Shown here: piece after piece, positions 40,738 through 53,093 of the stretch | Layout: each line of letters begins with the position of its first letter | Position numbering within the stretch: position 1 is the stretch's first letter | Assembly: GCF_963921235.1 (NCBI RefSeq) | Contig: NC_086097.1 | Coordinates: 181,414,001-181,478,000 of the forward strand | DNA length: 64,000 nucleotides | DNA from: Mobula hypostoma | Lineage: Eukaryota | Reading direction: 5' to 3' | Program-made: the position numbers and the translations under genes | Notes under the pieces: model-generated | Seen by the model: only the letters and a program-made list of their open reading frames with translations | Database searches by the model: none | Told to the model about the DNA's origin: nothing

Positions 40738-42194
40738 TGCTGGAAATCTGAAACAAAAATAGGAACTCTTGGAAACACTCAGCAGGGTGCTCTGTGGAGA
40801 GAAAAGTAGTGAGCATTTTGAGTCTGCAACTTGATCTCAGTGTTGGAAGATCCATGGAACCAGGACATCCTTGCTTTCATGGAGTGGAGTCAGAGATTTC
40901 CCCACCACGGGGTGGAGCACCAGACACCCCACTTCACTCCTGACTTTGGGTGCTGTCTGTGTGGAGTTTGCACTTTCTCCCTGCACACTAGTGAAGATGG
41001 CACATCCTATACTTCAGACCCATTTCCCACCCCATCCCATTTCCTCTGATTCTCACTCCCCCACATCAAAGCATTCCCTTCCTCACCCTGAATCCTGATG
41101 AGCCAGAGAACTCTACTTACAATTCCTTGCAGAAAGTCGTTTTGCCTCACTGCTCGCAGACCTCTGAGATATATCCCACTCATTCTAAACCCTGCAGGTT
41201 GATCAAGCATTCCCTTGCCACTCCCTCTTAGAATCTGGTTTTGCCCCAGTAAGATCACCTCTCAGTTTCTGAACAATGAACATTAACCAGATTTCATTGC
41301 TTTCTCAATGGTTTATCCCTGAGTCAATTTTGGTGACTTGGTGAATCTGACCCTTGGTGAGTGTATTTCCGTTTAGGTGAGGAATTGAATCTAATCTGCA
41401 CAAGGTCTCCCCAAGGCCCTGTGCAACCTCACCGTGGCTGGTACTGAACACCCTCCCAGTGAAAGTTCATCTACCTTTCACCTTTCTAATTGCTGGCTGG
41501 ACCTGGGGTTAGTTTTATATTCCTCAAGCTGGCAAACCCAGAGCTCTGTACACCAGCCTCTGTTGTGCCTCATTGTGAAAATCTGCTAGCTTTTTCTTTT
41601 GCAGATTTTTTTTTTATCCTTTAACCAGTCTTATCTCCGTGCTCATGTCATACTGAGCCCGTATTTTTGTGTAGCAACTTCCTCAAGTGCTTTTTGAAAA
41701 CACAGATGCACCTATTAGCTTCATTAACTTTCTAAAAGTCTAACAAGGTCATTCCTGACAATGGAAACCATAATTTTATTGTCCACTAAGAGCCTGTTCC
41801 TGTGCTATAGCTGAACACAAAGAATAGAACAGTCGAGCTCAGGAACAGGCCCACAATTTTTTGACCCACAATGTCTGTGTTGATCATGATGCAAAATTAA
41901 ACCAATCTCACCTGACCACACATGATCCATACCCCTCCACTCTCTGCTTATTTATGTGTCTGTCCAACAGCCTCTATTGTATCTGCCTTCACCACCCCTG
42001 ACACTCACTGATTATTTATCAGCCACCAACAATTGACCCTCGGGATGGAAGTCCAGATGGGGGAATGGTCTTTCCTGTCCACTGATTTCCTCAGGTATTT
42101 CTGAACGGTTATTACTTCAGTCTCCTCCCTGTTCTCTATTTTACCTGCATTTATTGTGTCAGATGAGACATGAGCAAAGGCACAGCTGATTGTC

Positions 42195-42378
42195 CCCCGC
42201 AGACTCCGGTCTGGACGTACAGACTGGCCCCTCAGACTCCAGTCTGGATGTACAGACTGGCCCCGCAGACTCCGGTCTGGACGTACAGACGGGCCCTGCA
42301 GACTCGGATCTGGACGTACAGACGGACCCCGCAGACTCGGGTCTGGACGTACAGATGGACTCTGCAGACTCCGGTCTG
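42195..42378. repeat. Minisatellite, 33-bp unit gcagactccggtctggacgtacagactggcccc, ~5.5 copies
   Basis: Units start at 42199, 42232, 42265, 42298, 42331 and 42364 with an exact 33-nt period. Confidence 0.95.
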
Positions 42379-43157
42379 AGCATCCATTGGAACCAGTTAA
42401 ACTGATGATAACTAGCATAATGTTGCTTTAACTGTGATAATGCAGTTACTCACTGCTGTTCTTGGTAGGTTTGACTTACAAGGCATGCCTATGGAGGAGG
42501 GTTTCACGTGTAGCCATCTGTACAGCCTCATCCCCAAGTGAGCTATACCTCTTCTACCCATTCCACCAATGTCCCTGTGTGTGCCTGCCTGTGTCCACTG
42601 TAATCCAGCCAGTATCAGTGTCCAGGCTGGTGTTGGGAGCATGGCACTGTCTGAGTTTTTCTTCATCCTCACTTTCTCTTATGTTTCTGTTGAATCTGAA
42701 TGAAGAAGGCACGAGGGTAAGGGAGAGGCCATGAGGCACCTCCTATGAACTGGTGATGAGGGGTGAGGAAGGGGAGACCCAAGTCTGCAGATCGTGAAAC
42801 CCAGAGCAACAGTGTGTGTCGCTGTCAGATTTGGCTGTAGTGGGTGAACAGATGACCATGAAGTGTGGGGAGTGAGGCTTTTGGTGAAGTGAACTTGAGC
42901 CGTGAAGTTGGGTCCCCATTCCAGAGTCCTAAACTTAAGTCAACACCTTAAATTTTATCAGCTACGTGTTGACCTGTACCCTCACTTCAAGGAGATTATA
43001 AGATCATAAAACAGAGAGCAAAATTGGGCCATTCAGCCCATTGAGTCTACTCTCTTAGTCAGTCATGGCTAATTTATTTTCCCTCTCAACCTCATTCTCC
43101 TGCCTTCTTTTCTGAGGCAATGCCCTCTGGTCCTAGACTACCATACTATTGAAATGC

Positions 43158-43380
43158 AAACGAGAAAATCTGCAGATGTTGAAAATCCGAGCAACACACA
43201 CAAAATGCTGGAGGAACTCAGCAGGCCAGGCAGCATCAATGGAAAAGAGTACAATCAACGTTTTGACCCAAAGCCCTTCAGCAGGACTGCTGAAGGGTTT
43301 CGTCCCAAAATATCGACTGTACTTTTTTCCATAGATGCCGCCTGGCCTGCTGAGTTCCTCCAGCATTTTGTGCGTGTTAC
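43158..43380. mobile_element. Fold-back Penelope-derived mini-element inside an antisense CR1 fragment (~42995-43705)
   Basis: Inverted pLTR arms meet at cagcaggactgctg. The flanking repeat is degenerate (actattgaaa / acgattgaaa). Confidence 0.75.
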
Positions 43381-44299
43381 ACGATTGAAAACATCCTTTC
43401 ATCGTCCATGCAACCTACACCTTTCAATATTCGATCGGTTTTAATGAGATTCACCCTCATTCTTCTGAACTCCAGCAAGAACAGGCCCAGAGCTATCAAA
43501 CACTCCTCATATATTAACTCTTTAATTCCTGTGGTCATTCTCGTAAACCTCCTCTGGATCTTCTCCATTGCCAGAATCCTTTCTTGGATATGGAACCCAA
43601 CACGGCTCACAGTACGCCAAATGTGATCTGCCCAGTGCCTTATAAAGCTTCAGCATTACATCCTTGCTTTGATATTCTAGTCCTCTCGAAATGAATGCTA
43701 ACATCGTATTTGTCGTTTACAATCAACTTATGATTTCAAGGAGTAGTTTATGTAACTACTTCAGTCACTGTTTCCAGCAGAGGCTCTCACCAAGAAGGAA
43801 ATACTTCTAGCTAAATAAGGAGAGTAAGCAAAGTTATTTTATTTTAAGTAGATCTTGTTTTACTTGGAGGAGTATAACCTAATCAGCAGAAACAACAGTG
43901 TCCGCTTTGAATAATCAGAGTGCTCCATTCAACTGTTGTTATGAAACATTGCTTGCAAATAAGATCATTACCAGATGATTAGTTGTAAAGCAATATCAAT
44001 ATCAGAACACAGTAAAGATGGGAAGGAGTTACATAGAAGAATGCAGATTCCACTCCTCAGCCTCAACCTGAGAAGGATCCTATTCGGGACCCATCTTTCT
44101 GTGAAGGACCACTTCTTCATTTGCAACTCAGTGATACTTCTTTCTTTGTCAGAATTGTACTTGTGTTTTTGTAAACCTTTGTAGAATTATAATCTGTATT
44201 AGGATTTACTCCTTAAAATAAAATGTGCTCCACTTGAACTAAAATAACGCCGGTTAATGTGCTTATTAACCACCGTTATTTTCTGAGGCAATGAGTCCT

Positions 44300-44682
44300 C
44301 AACCACCGAGGACACTCTCACGGTGGTGTCTGAAAAGAGGATGTTGTCTAAGTTGCATGCCATCTTGGTCAATGTCTCCCATCCACTACATAATGTACTA
44401 GTTGGGCACAGGAGTACATTCAGCCAAAAACTCATTCCTCAGAGATGCAGCACAGAGTGTCATAGGAAGTCATTCCTGCCTGTGGCCATTAAACTTTACA
44501 ACTCCTCCCTTGGAGGGTCAGACACCCTGAGCCGATAGGCTGGTACTGGACTTATTTCATAATTTACTGACATAATTTACATATTACTATTTAACTATGG
44601 TTCTATTACTACTTATTATTTATGGTGCAACTGTAACGAAAACCAATTCCCCCCAGGATCAATAAAGTATGACTATGACTAT
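44300..44682 (+). mobile_element. Rex1/Babar-type LINE 3' end
   Basis: RMLSKLHAILVNVSHPLH...FSQKLI..RCSTECHRKSFLPVAIKLYN, with tail aataaagtatgactatgactat. Confidence 0.75.
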
Positions 44683-45799
44683 TTATCTGATGGCGGAGGG
44701 GAAGAAGCTGTTCCCAAAATGTTGAGTGTGAGTCTTCAGACTCCTGTATCTCCTTGCAATAGTAGTAATGAGAAGAATGCATGTCCGAGATGATGGGGGT
44801 CCTTGGTGATGGATGCCATGTTCTTGAGGTAACGAGTGAGGTTAGGAAGGATCAGCAATAAAAGAGGAAATATGCCTGAAGTTGGAGGGGGGAAGGGAGT
44901 TCTCTAATGAATAGTTTGCTTCAGTATTCACCAGTGAGAGGGACCTTGACAAATGTGAGGACAATGTAAAACAGGCTGATATGCTGGAACATGTTGACAT
45001 TAAGAAAGATGATGTGCTGCAACTTCTGTAAAATATTTGGAGAGATAAGTCCCCGAAGCCGTATGAGAGTTACTAAGGGAACTGAGCGAAGAGATCGCTG
45101 CGCCTCTGACCATAATCTTTGTGTCCTCACTGGCCACAACAGTAGTACCAGAAGATTGGGAGGGTGGAAGATGTTATCCCTTTGTTTAAGAAAGATTGTA
45201 GGGATAATCCTGGAAATTATGGACCAGTGAATCTTATGTCAGTGGTGGGCAAACTTGGAGTGGGTTCTTAGAGACGGGATAAAAAAGCATTTGGAGAAGC
45301 ATATTCCAATTAAAGATAGCAAAGCTTTCTGAAAGGCTCCTAAGCTTGATTGAATTCTTTGAGGAGGTGACAAAACAAGTTGAAGGTAGAACAGAGGATC
45401 GGACATATGTGGATTTTAGTAAGGTGTTTAGAACATAGAGCAGTACTGTACAAGAACAGGCTCTTCTGCCCACAGTGTTGTGCCAAATCAATTCAATTAG
45501 TAATCAAATTGTTAACTAAATTAACTTCTTCTGCTGCACAATGTCCATGTCCTTCCACTTCCCTCACATTCATGCACCTATCTAAATGTCTCTTAAAATT
45601 CCCTAATGCTTCTGCCTCTACCACCATCTCAGGCATCACATTTCAGACACACACCATTCCCTATGTTTAAAAAAAACTTGCCCCTCATATCCCCTTTGAA
45701 TTTACTGCCTCTCACCTTAAATGTATGCCCTGCAGCTTTAGGCATTTCAATCTTGGGGAAAAGATACTGTCCATCTACTCTATCTATGCCACTCATAAT

Positions 45800-46470
45800 A
45801 CTGGAGAACAAATTTGAAAGTGATAGACCACTTGAAGCTGAACACAAATATAATTTCAGACTACTTGCATCACGTAGGAATTTGGAGAAACAAGAAATTA
45901 ACTTTTATTAAATATATTTTATTTAATTGCATAATGGTGCTGATGCTTTGCAATAATTCAACTAAACTAAAAAGGTTTCGTTGATGATGTTTTGTTTGCA
46001 TTCATTGTCTGTGGCTTCTTGCTTAAATGTACAGCAATAATTAGCCAGCATTGATGGATCCCATTTGTCCTGATAGCAGTTCTCCATGATCACAATGTCC
46101 TGGTGAAACCTTTTACCATGCTTGTCATTGAAGGCGCCAAGATTTGCAGGCAAGAAGTCCAAATGAATGTTTAGTGACATTTTGCACTTCATGGTCTTAC
46201 ATGCTTGAAGCATGTTGTCAACCAGCTGCACGTAGTTTGGTGTTCTGTAGTTGCCAAGAAAAATTCCAACAATATTCTTGAATGCCTTCCATGTGATTTT
46301 CTTCAATTCCATTGCAAGTTCTTTAAATTGCCTGTCATTGATAACCTGTTTGATTTGTGGACTAACAAAAATGCCTTCCTTAATCTTGGCATCAGTTATT
46401 CTGACTTAAGTTATGAATTGAAATAACAAATATGGGGAATTTTTTTAAATGGTGTGTGATAGGGAAATTA
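45800..46470 (-). mobile_element. DNA transposon C-terminal transposase fragment, probably Chapaev3-type (CMC)
   Basis: WKAFKNIV..FLGNYR.PNY...MSL.IHLDFLPANLGA..D.HG.RFHQDI..ME..YQ.KW...MLA.YC resembles this transposase class. The family name is from recall. Confidence 0.55.
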
Positions 46471-46499
46471 ATAAACTAATAAAGACAAGTATGCTGTAT

Positions 46500-48822
46500 G
46501 CCGTTTTAATCATCCTATCAATCTGTGTAGGTGCTTTTGTGGAGCTGTGAACTTGGACCCCAAGATACCTTTGTTCATCAACACTGTTAAGGGTCTTGCC
46601 TATAACAGTGTAGTGTCTCTTTACATTTGATCTTCCAGGTGTAACATTTCACATTTGGCTGGGTTAGACTCCCATCTACCATTTCTCCGCCATATTGGAA
46701 AATGATCTATATCCTGTGGAATTCTTTGCCAGTCATCTACACTATCCACAACACCACTAATCTTTATATCATTTACAAACTTACTAACCCACCCATTTTC
46801 ATTTTCATCCAATTTATTTATATCCTTCACGAACAGCAGAGGTCCCAGCACAGATCCCTGTGGAACACCACTAATTACAGTCCTCCAGCTGAATATGTGC
46901 CTTTGACCACTACCCTCTGTCTTCTATGGGCAAGTTAGTTCTAAATCCAAGTGACTAATTCACTATGGATTCCATGCATCTTAATCTTCTGGATGACTCC
47001 CATGTTGTCAAACGCCTTAGTAAAATCCATGTGGACAACATGCCCAGGTTTACTTTAATTAATCACTCTCATCACCTCACCAAAAAATTCAAACAAGGTA
47101 GTAAGACAAGATTTGCCCTGCACAAAGCCGTACTGGCTGTCCCTAATTTAACCATAGTTTTGCAAGTGCTTGTAAATCCTATCCCTAAGAATTCCCCAGT
47201 AACTTCCCTACCGCTGACGTGTGACTAATTGCTCTATAGTTTCCAGGATTATCCTTGGTTCCCTTCTTGAATAATGGAACATTATTTCCCCAAGATAGGC
47301 TCATTCAGAAAGTAAGGAGGCATGGCATCCAGAGAAACTTGTTTGTGAGGATTCAGAATTGTCTTATCCAAAGAAGACAGGGCAATAGAAAATGGAGTGT
47401 ATTCTGCCTTGAAGTCACTGATCTGTTCTGTGACCCTGCTCTTTGCTATTTTTATAAATGACTTGGAGGAGGAAGGGAAGGGTAGGTTAGTAAGTTTACA
47501 GATGACACAATTTGGTGGTGTTGTGGATAATGCAGAATGTTGTCATAGGTTACAACGGGAAGGGATGCAAAGCTGGGCTGAGAAGTGGCAGATGGAGTTC
47601 AGTATATAAAAGTGTGAAGTGATAAACTTTGGACGGTTGAACTTAAATGAGGAATACGTGGTTAGTAGCAGGTTTTGTAACAGTGTGGGAGAACAGAGGG
47701 ATCTTCAGGTTTACATCCATAGACCCCTCAAAGCTGCTGCACGAGTTGATAGAGTGATTAAGAAGGCGTATAGTGTGTTGGCCTTCCTTGGTCAGGGGAT
47801 TGAGTTCAAGAGCTGCAAGGTAATGTTGCAGTTTGAGAAAATCCTGGTTAGACCATGTTTGGAATTGTGTTCAGTTCTGGTCACCTCATTATAAGAACGA
47901 TGTGGTAATTTTAGAGATTTACCAGGACGCTGCCTGGTTTAGAGAGCATGTTTTATGAGGATAGGTTGGGCTTTTCTCTTTGGAGCAAAGGAAGATGAGA
48001 GGTGACTTGGTAGAATAGTTCAAGATGATGAGAGACATAGATCAAATGTCTTGTCATATGGAGAGTGTCTGATGGCTCTGGGCCTGTATTTGCTGGAATT
48101 CAGAAGAATGAGGGATGACCTCATTGAAACTTCTCACATGGTGAAAGGCCTTGATAGAGTGGAATTGGTGAGGGTGTTCTTGTGGTGGGAGAGTGTAAGA
48201 ACAGAGGACATAGCCTCAGAATAGAGGGGCATCCTTTTGGAACAGAGATGAAGAATTTCTTTAGCCTGAGAGTGGTGGATCTTTGGAATTCTTTACTATA
48301 GGCAACTGTGGAAGCCAAGTGTGTATGTATGTTTAAAGAAGAGGTTGATAGATTCTTGATTGGTCAGGACATGAAGGGATACAGAGAGAAAGCAGGAGAT
48401 TGGGGCTGAGAGGAAAATTGAATCAGCCATGATGAAATGGTGAAGCAGACTCAATGGACCAACTCGCCTAATTCTGCTCCTATATCTTATGGTCTTATGG
48501 ATTGGATAGCCAGAGACTTTTTCCCAGGGCAGAAATAGCTATTATGACAGGTTGAAATTGTAAGGTGATTAGAGGAAAGTATAGAGGGCATATCAGAGGT
48601 CTGTTTTTTACACAAGTGTGCTGGGATCATGGGATGCATTGCCAGGGGTGGCAGTAGAGGCAGCTACATTAGGAACATCTAAGAGACTCCTAGATAGGGA
48701 GATGGATGCAAGAAAAATGAGTGCTATGTCGGAGGGAAAGGTTAGATAATTTATCTTAGAGTAGGATAAAAAGTCAGCTCAATATCATTGGCTGAAGGGT
48801 CTGGACTGTACTGTTCTGTATT
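46500..48822. mobile_element. Cluster of CR1 fragments (minus ~46500-47270, plus ~47270-48822, nested)
   Basis: LGPLLFVKDIN.LDE is on the minus strand. LFAIFINDLEE, WAEKWQMEF and two 3' ends are on the plus strand. Confidence 0.7.
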
Positions 48823-49834
48823 TTGAAATTGTATTGATCTCTCTTGTAATTCCTCAATGAGTGAACCTCTCGTTTTCCTTTGGTCGTGCTCTGTAGAATC
48901 TTGAGCAACAAAATCCTGCAGGAACTCAACAGGTAAGGCAGCATCTTTGGAGGGAAATACAATTCCTGATGGAGGGTCTTGGCCTGAAATATCAACTGTC
49001 CATTTCCCTCCATAGTTGCTGCCTGACCAACTGGGTTCATCCAGCATTTTGTGTGTGTTGCTTAGGATTTCCAACATCTGCAAAATCTTTTGCGTCTCCA
49101 CTTAATCAAATCTTTCTATACTATATATTACAGCAATTTGTGGTGGACCAGACCAGCTCAGATTCTGACTGGGGCAAGGTTTGTAAACTCCAGCAGGAAT
49201 TGACTGACCCCAACTCAACAGGAGCGAAAACAAAACAAGGTCACTGTGAACAGTAGTGGATTTCTAGGACTCTGGTGTAAAAGAAGGGGATGTGTGCAAA
49301 TTGGAAGGCCGATGGCTTTCTATGCTATGTACCTGGATGATCTGCAAACAGATGATGAATGTAACCAGGGTCCAGTTGGATTAAAATGAGGGGAGAGATT
49401 TAAAAGAGACTTGAGAGGTGGCTTCTTTGCATGAAGGATAATGAATATCTGGAATGAGCTGCCAGAAGTGGTCAAGGTGGTGACATCTGCAGCATTTAAG
49501 AGGAACTTGAATATGGAAGGGAGGGGCAAAAGCAAAATGCTGGAGGAACTCAGCAAATCATGCTGCATCTATGGCTTGGAGAGTTACAGACCAAATGCAG
49601 GCAACCATGACTTGCAGTGAGGATGCTGTGATTGCCATGGACCAGTTGAGAAAGGCCTGTTTCCATGCTATATTACTTTAAGACTAATACTAGAGAGCAT
49701 TATTCCTATGGGCTAGATCCTTGTAACCTCATAGGCAGAGGTTCCTGATACTCACATACGGTCATGAATAACTTAGAAGAGCCAGGTCCAAACTTGGTCC
49801 AGGTACTTCCTACAGGCAGATCAGAGCAGTGTTC

Positions 49835-51114
49835 AATGACCAAATGACCAGTCGAATCTAGTCAGCTTCATGAACTGCCTTGAGGACATAAAGTGTTGGA
49901 TGGCACAAAACTTTCTATAGCTGAATGAAGGCAAGTCTGAAGTTGTCCTATTTGGCCGTCCTGACTCCATCAAAGTGATTACCAACAGTCTTGGTAACCT
50001 GTCCACTCTTGTCAAATCTCATGTCAAAAACCTTGGTGTGATATGTGATTCTGTCTTTAAGTTTGACAAGCAAGTTAATGCAGTAGTAAAAGCCAGTTTT
50101 TTCCAGTTTCGTACTATTGCCAAAATCAAGTCGTTTCTCTCTTTCAAAGATCTCAAGAAAGTCATCCACACCCTTATATCCTCCCACTTGGACTACTCCA
50201 ACTCCCTGTATACTGGGATTAGTCAGTCGTCCCTATCCAGCCTGCAACTGGTCCAGAACGCCGCAGCCAGGCTCCTGACAGGTGCCCAGAAGGCTACCAA
50301 TACGGTTTAGAATTGATTTTAAGGTTCTCCTGTTTGTTTATAAAGCCCTAAATGGACTAGCCCCCTCCTATATCGCAGACCTTCTAACCCCTTTTTCTAC
50401 TTCCAGGCCCCTCAGGTCGGCTGATTTGGGGCTCCTGGCTGTCCCATGATCTAAATATAAGTTCCGGGGTGACCGCGCCTTTGCTGTTGTAGCCCTTAGA
50501 CCAGTGGTCCCCAACCTCCGGGCTGTGAAAAATGCAGCAGTGCAGCAGTAGCCGGAGCGCACCTAGCACATCTTTAAGAAAAAAGACGATATAAACAAGC
50601 TAATTAATTAGGTGCCGCCCAGCACGTTAATGTCGGCCCAGATCAGAGGCGATTGTCGATTGCGTCGCCTCTGACCTGGGCCGACATTTACATGCCAGGC
50701 GGCATCTAATTAATTAGCTTGTTTATTTTGGCTTTTTCCTTAAAGATGTGCTGGGTGCGTTCTGGCTACCGCTGCACCGCTGCATTCTTCACGGCCCGGA
50801 GGTTGGGACCACTGCCCTAGACTGTGGGACAGCATTTCCCCCCCCCCATCAGATTTGCCCCTTCCATTGACTCTTTTAAAATCCAGGCTCAAAATTTACC
50901 TTTATTCACTGGTGTTTGAATCTTTCTGATGTGGCTGATTTTTGGCTTGTGGCTCGGCTCGTGTTGTTTATTTTGTGCCTATAAGCTGTGTGCCTTGTTG
51001 TTTATATCTGTGTTTCTTGTATTTGTGATTTTAGCTACCTGTTATGGTCTGTACAGCACTTTGGTCAACATGGGTTGTTTTTAAATGTGCTTTATAAATA
51101 AATTTGACTTGACT
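49835..51114 (+). mobile_element. 5'-truncated L2-type LINE, interrupted by a hAT MITE and ending next to the exon-3 acceptor
   Basis: CLEDIKCWMAQNFL*LNEGKSEV, VKNLGVICDS and LDYSNSLYTG...LQLVQNAAARLLT. The tail is aataaatttgacttgact. A possible TSD tgttc lies at 49830-49834 and 51115-51119. Confidence 0.85.
50502..50814. mobile_element. Fully palindromic hAT-type MITE
   Basis: Ends are cagtggtccccaacctccggg and cccggaggttgggaccactg, with arms complementary over ~150 bp. An 8-bp TSD ccttagac/ccctagac lies at 50494-50501 and 50815-50822. Confidence 0.9.
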
Positions 51115-51127
51115 TGTTCCTCTGCAG

Positions 51128-51293
51128 ACCGAACAGGATGCACTTGCTGCAACACCCCTTAGGATTGAGGATGATGAGGAGGATGATCTGAACAAAACCT
51201 GGGGCGTTGAGAGATTTGATGACCTCCTTCATGATGCATCAAGTCGGAACGTGGATGAAGTGCGGCGCACCTTTGATGAAGCAGATTTTGAGT
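51128..51293 (+). CDS. SLC4A2: Anion exchanger 2 coding exon (equivalent to mammalian exon 3), phase 0 to 1
   Basis: Splice sites are ctgcag| and |gtgagt. It encodes TEQDALAATPLRIEDDEEDDLNKTWGVERFDDLLHDASSRNVDEVRRTFDEADFE, collinear with AE2 EEDELHRTLGVERFEEIL...SYGEEDFE. Confidence 0.93.
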
Positions 51294-52809
51294 GTGAGTC
51301 TGTGGGTTTATGTAGTGTTTCAATTGAGCTGGTCATTCAGGATTTCACAGGTGCAGATCCAGACTGCACTGGAGATTGGAGCTTTTTGTTACTAGTTAAA
51401 GTGTTTACCATATATCCCAACCAATGTAACTCAAAATGATATCCCCTTCTTCTTATAAAACAGTACAGCTTCCCTAAAGTACTGTTACCTCTTACCTAAC
51501 TTGCCTAGTCCTAATCATTCTGAGATTTGAACCCAGAGAAACCAGAGCAATTGTGGATTAAAAGCTAAAAAGCTGATTTGTATCACTAATTCATTCACAG
51601 TGGTAGGAAATCCATCCTTAGCCAGTAAGATCTATTGCAAGGATTGCAAGGGACAGAATTGGTCTTCTGATAGATCAGAATGGTAATCTACGTGTGGAGT
51701 CAAAAGAGTTTTGGGAGATCTTTTTGCATCTGTATTTACTCGGGAGGTGGACACAGTCTATAAAAGTGAGGCAAAACAGCAGCGAGGTCATGGACCCTAG
51801 ACTGATTACAGAGGAGGAGGTGTTTGCTGTCTTGAGGCAAATCAGGGTGGACAAATCCCCCGAGCCTATGGAGTCCTTGGACTACATGGGAGGTAAGTGC
51901 AGGAATTGCAGGGACCATGGGCAGAGATATTTAAATTATCCTTAGTGACAGGTGAGGGACCAGAGGACTGGAGGATAGCCAATGTTTTTTCTGTTTGAGA
52001 AAGGCTCTAAGAATAAGCCAGGAAGTTATAGGCTGGTGAGCCTGACATCAGTGGTGGAAAAGTTATTGGAAGGTATTCTAAGAGACCAGATCTATATTTG
52101 GATAGACAGGGACTGCTTAGGGATAGTCAGTAACGATTTGTGCATGGCAGATCATGTCTAACTAATCTTATAGAGTTTTTCCAAGGATGTTACCAGGAAA
52201 GTTGATGAAAATGGATGTTGTCTATATGGACTTCAGCAAGGCATTTGATAAGGTTCCATGTGGGAGGTTGGTCAGGAACGTTCGGCTACTTAGTGTTTAA
52301 AACGAGATAGTAAACTGGATTACACATAGGCTTTGTGGGAGAAACCAGAAAGTGGTAGTAGATAGTTGCCTCTCTGACTGGAGTGGAGTGCTACAGGGAT
52401 TGGTGCCTGGTCTGTTATTGTTTGTCATCTATATCAATGATCTGGATGATAACGTAGTGAACTGGATCAACAAATTTGCGAATGTCACAAAGATTAGGGG
52501 TGTAGTGGACAGTGAGGAAGACTGTTGGAGCTTGCAGTATGATTTGGACCAGCCGGAAAAATGGGCTGAAAAATGGGCTGAAAGATGGCAGATGGAATTT
52601 AATGCAGACAAGTGTGAGATGTAGTTTGTTAGGACCAACCAGGACAGGTCTTACACAGTGTATGGTAGGACACTGAGGAGTGCAGATAGAACAAAGGGAT
52701 CTGGGAATACAGGTCAATAATTCATTTAAAGTGGTGGCACAGGTAGATAGGATCATAAAAAAAGCATTTGGCACATTGGCCTTCATAAATCAAATTATTA
52801 ACTACAGGA

Positions 52810-53093
52810 ACAACAGGAATTCTGCAGATGCTGGAAATTCAAGCAACACACATCAAAGTTGCTGGTGAACGCAGCAGGCCAGGCAGCATCTCTAGGAAGA
52901 GGTACAGTCGACGTTTCAGGTCGAGACCCTTCGGCAGGACTAACTGAAGGAAGAGTGAATAAGAGATCTCTTACTCACTCTTCCTTCAGTTAGTCCTGAC
53001 GAAGGGTCTCGGCCTGAAACGTCGACTGTACCTCTTCCTAGAGATGCTGCCTGGCCTGCTGCGTTCACCAGCAACTTTGATGTGTGTTGGTTG
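52810..53093. mobile_element. Young fold-back Penelope-derived mini-element with a hammerhead motif on each arm
   Basis: A near-perfect palindrome centred on taagagatctctta (~52960-52973), with a 14-bp TSD tattaactacagga at 52796-52809 and 53094-53107. Confidence 0.9.
52992..53027 (+). ncRNA. Minimal type I hammerhead ribozyme motif
   Basis: agtc-CTGACGA-agggtctcggcct-GAAA-c-GTC-gact. The mirror copy at 52906-52941 (-) has a core substitution (CUGCCGA). Confidence 0.75.

Noticed and set aside
42195..42378. CRISPR-like look (33-bp units with internal hairpin)
   Set aside because: The units are head-to-tail with no unique spacers, there are no cas genes, and the context is a vertebrate intron.
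49764..49802. Possible start exon MNNLEEPGPNLVQ|gtactt (phase 0)
   Set aside because: The donor is weak and there is no similarity to known AE2 N-termini. Before the L2 insertion the implied intron would have been only ~40 nt. Not excluded, but unsupported.
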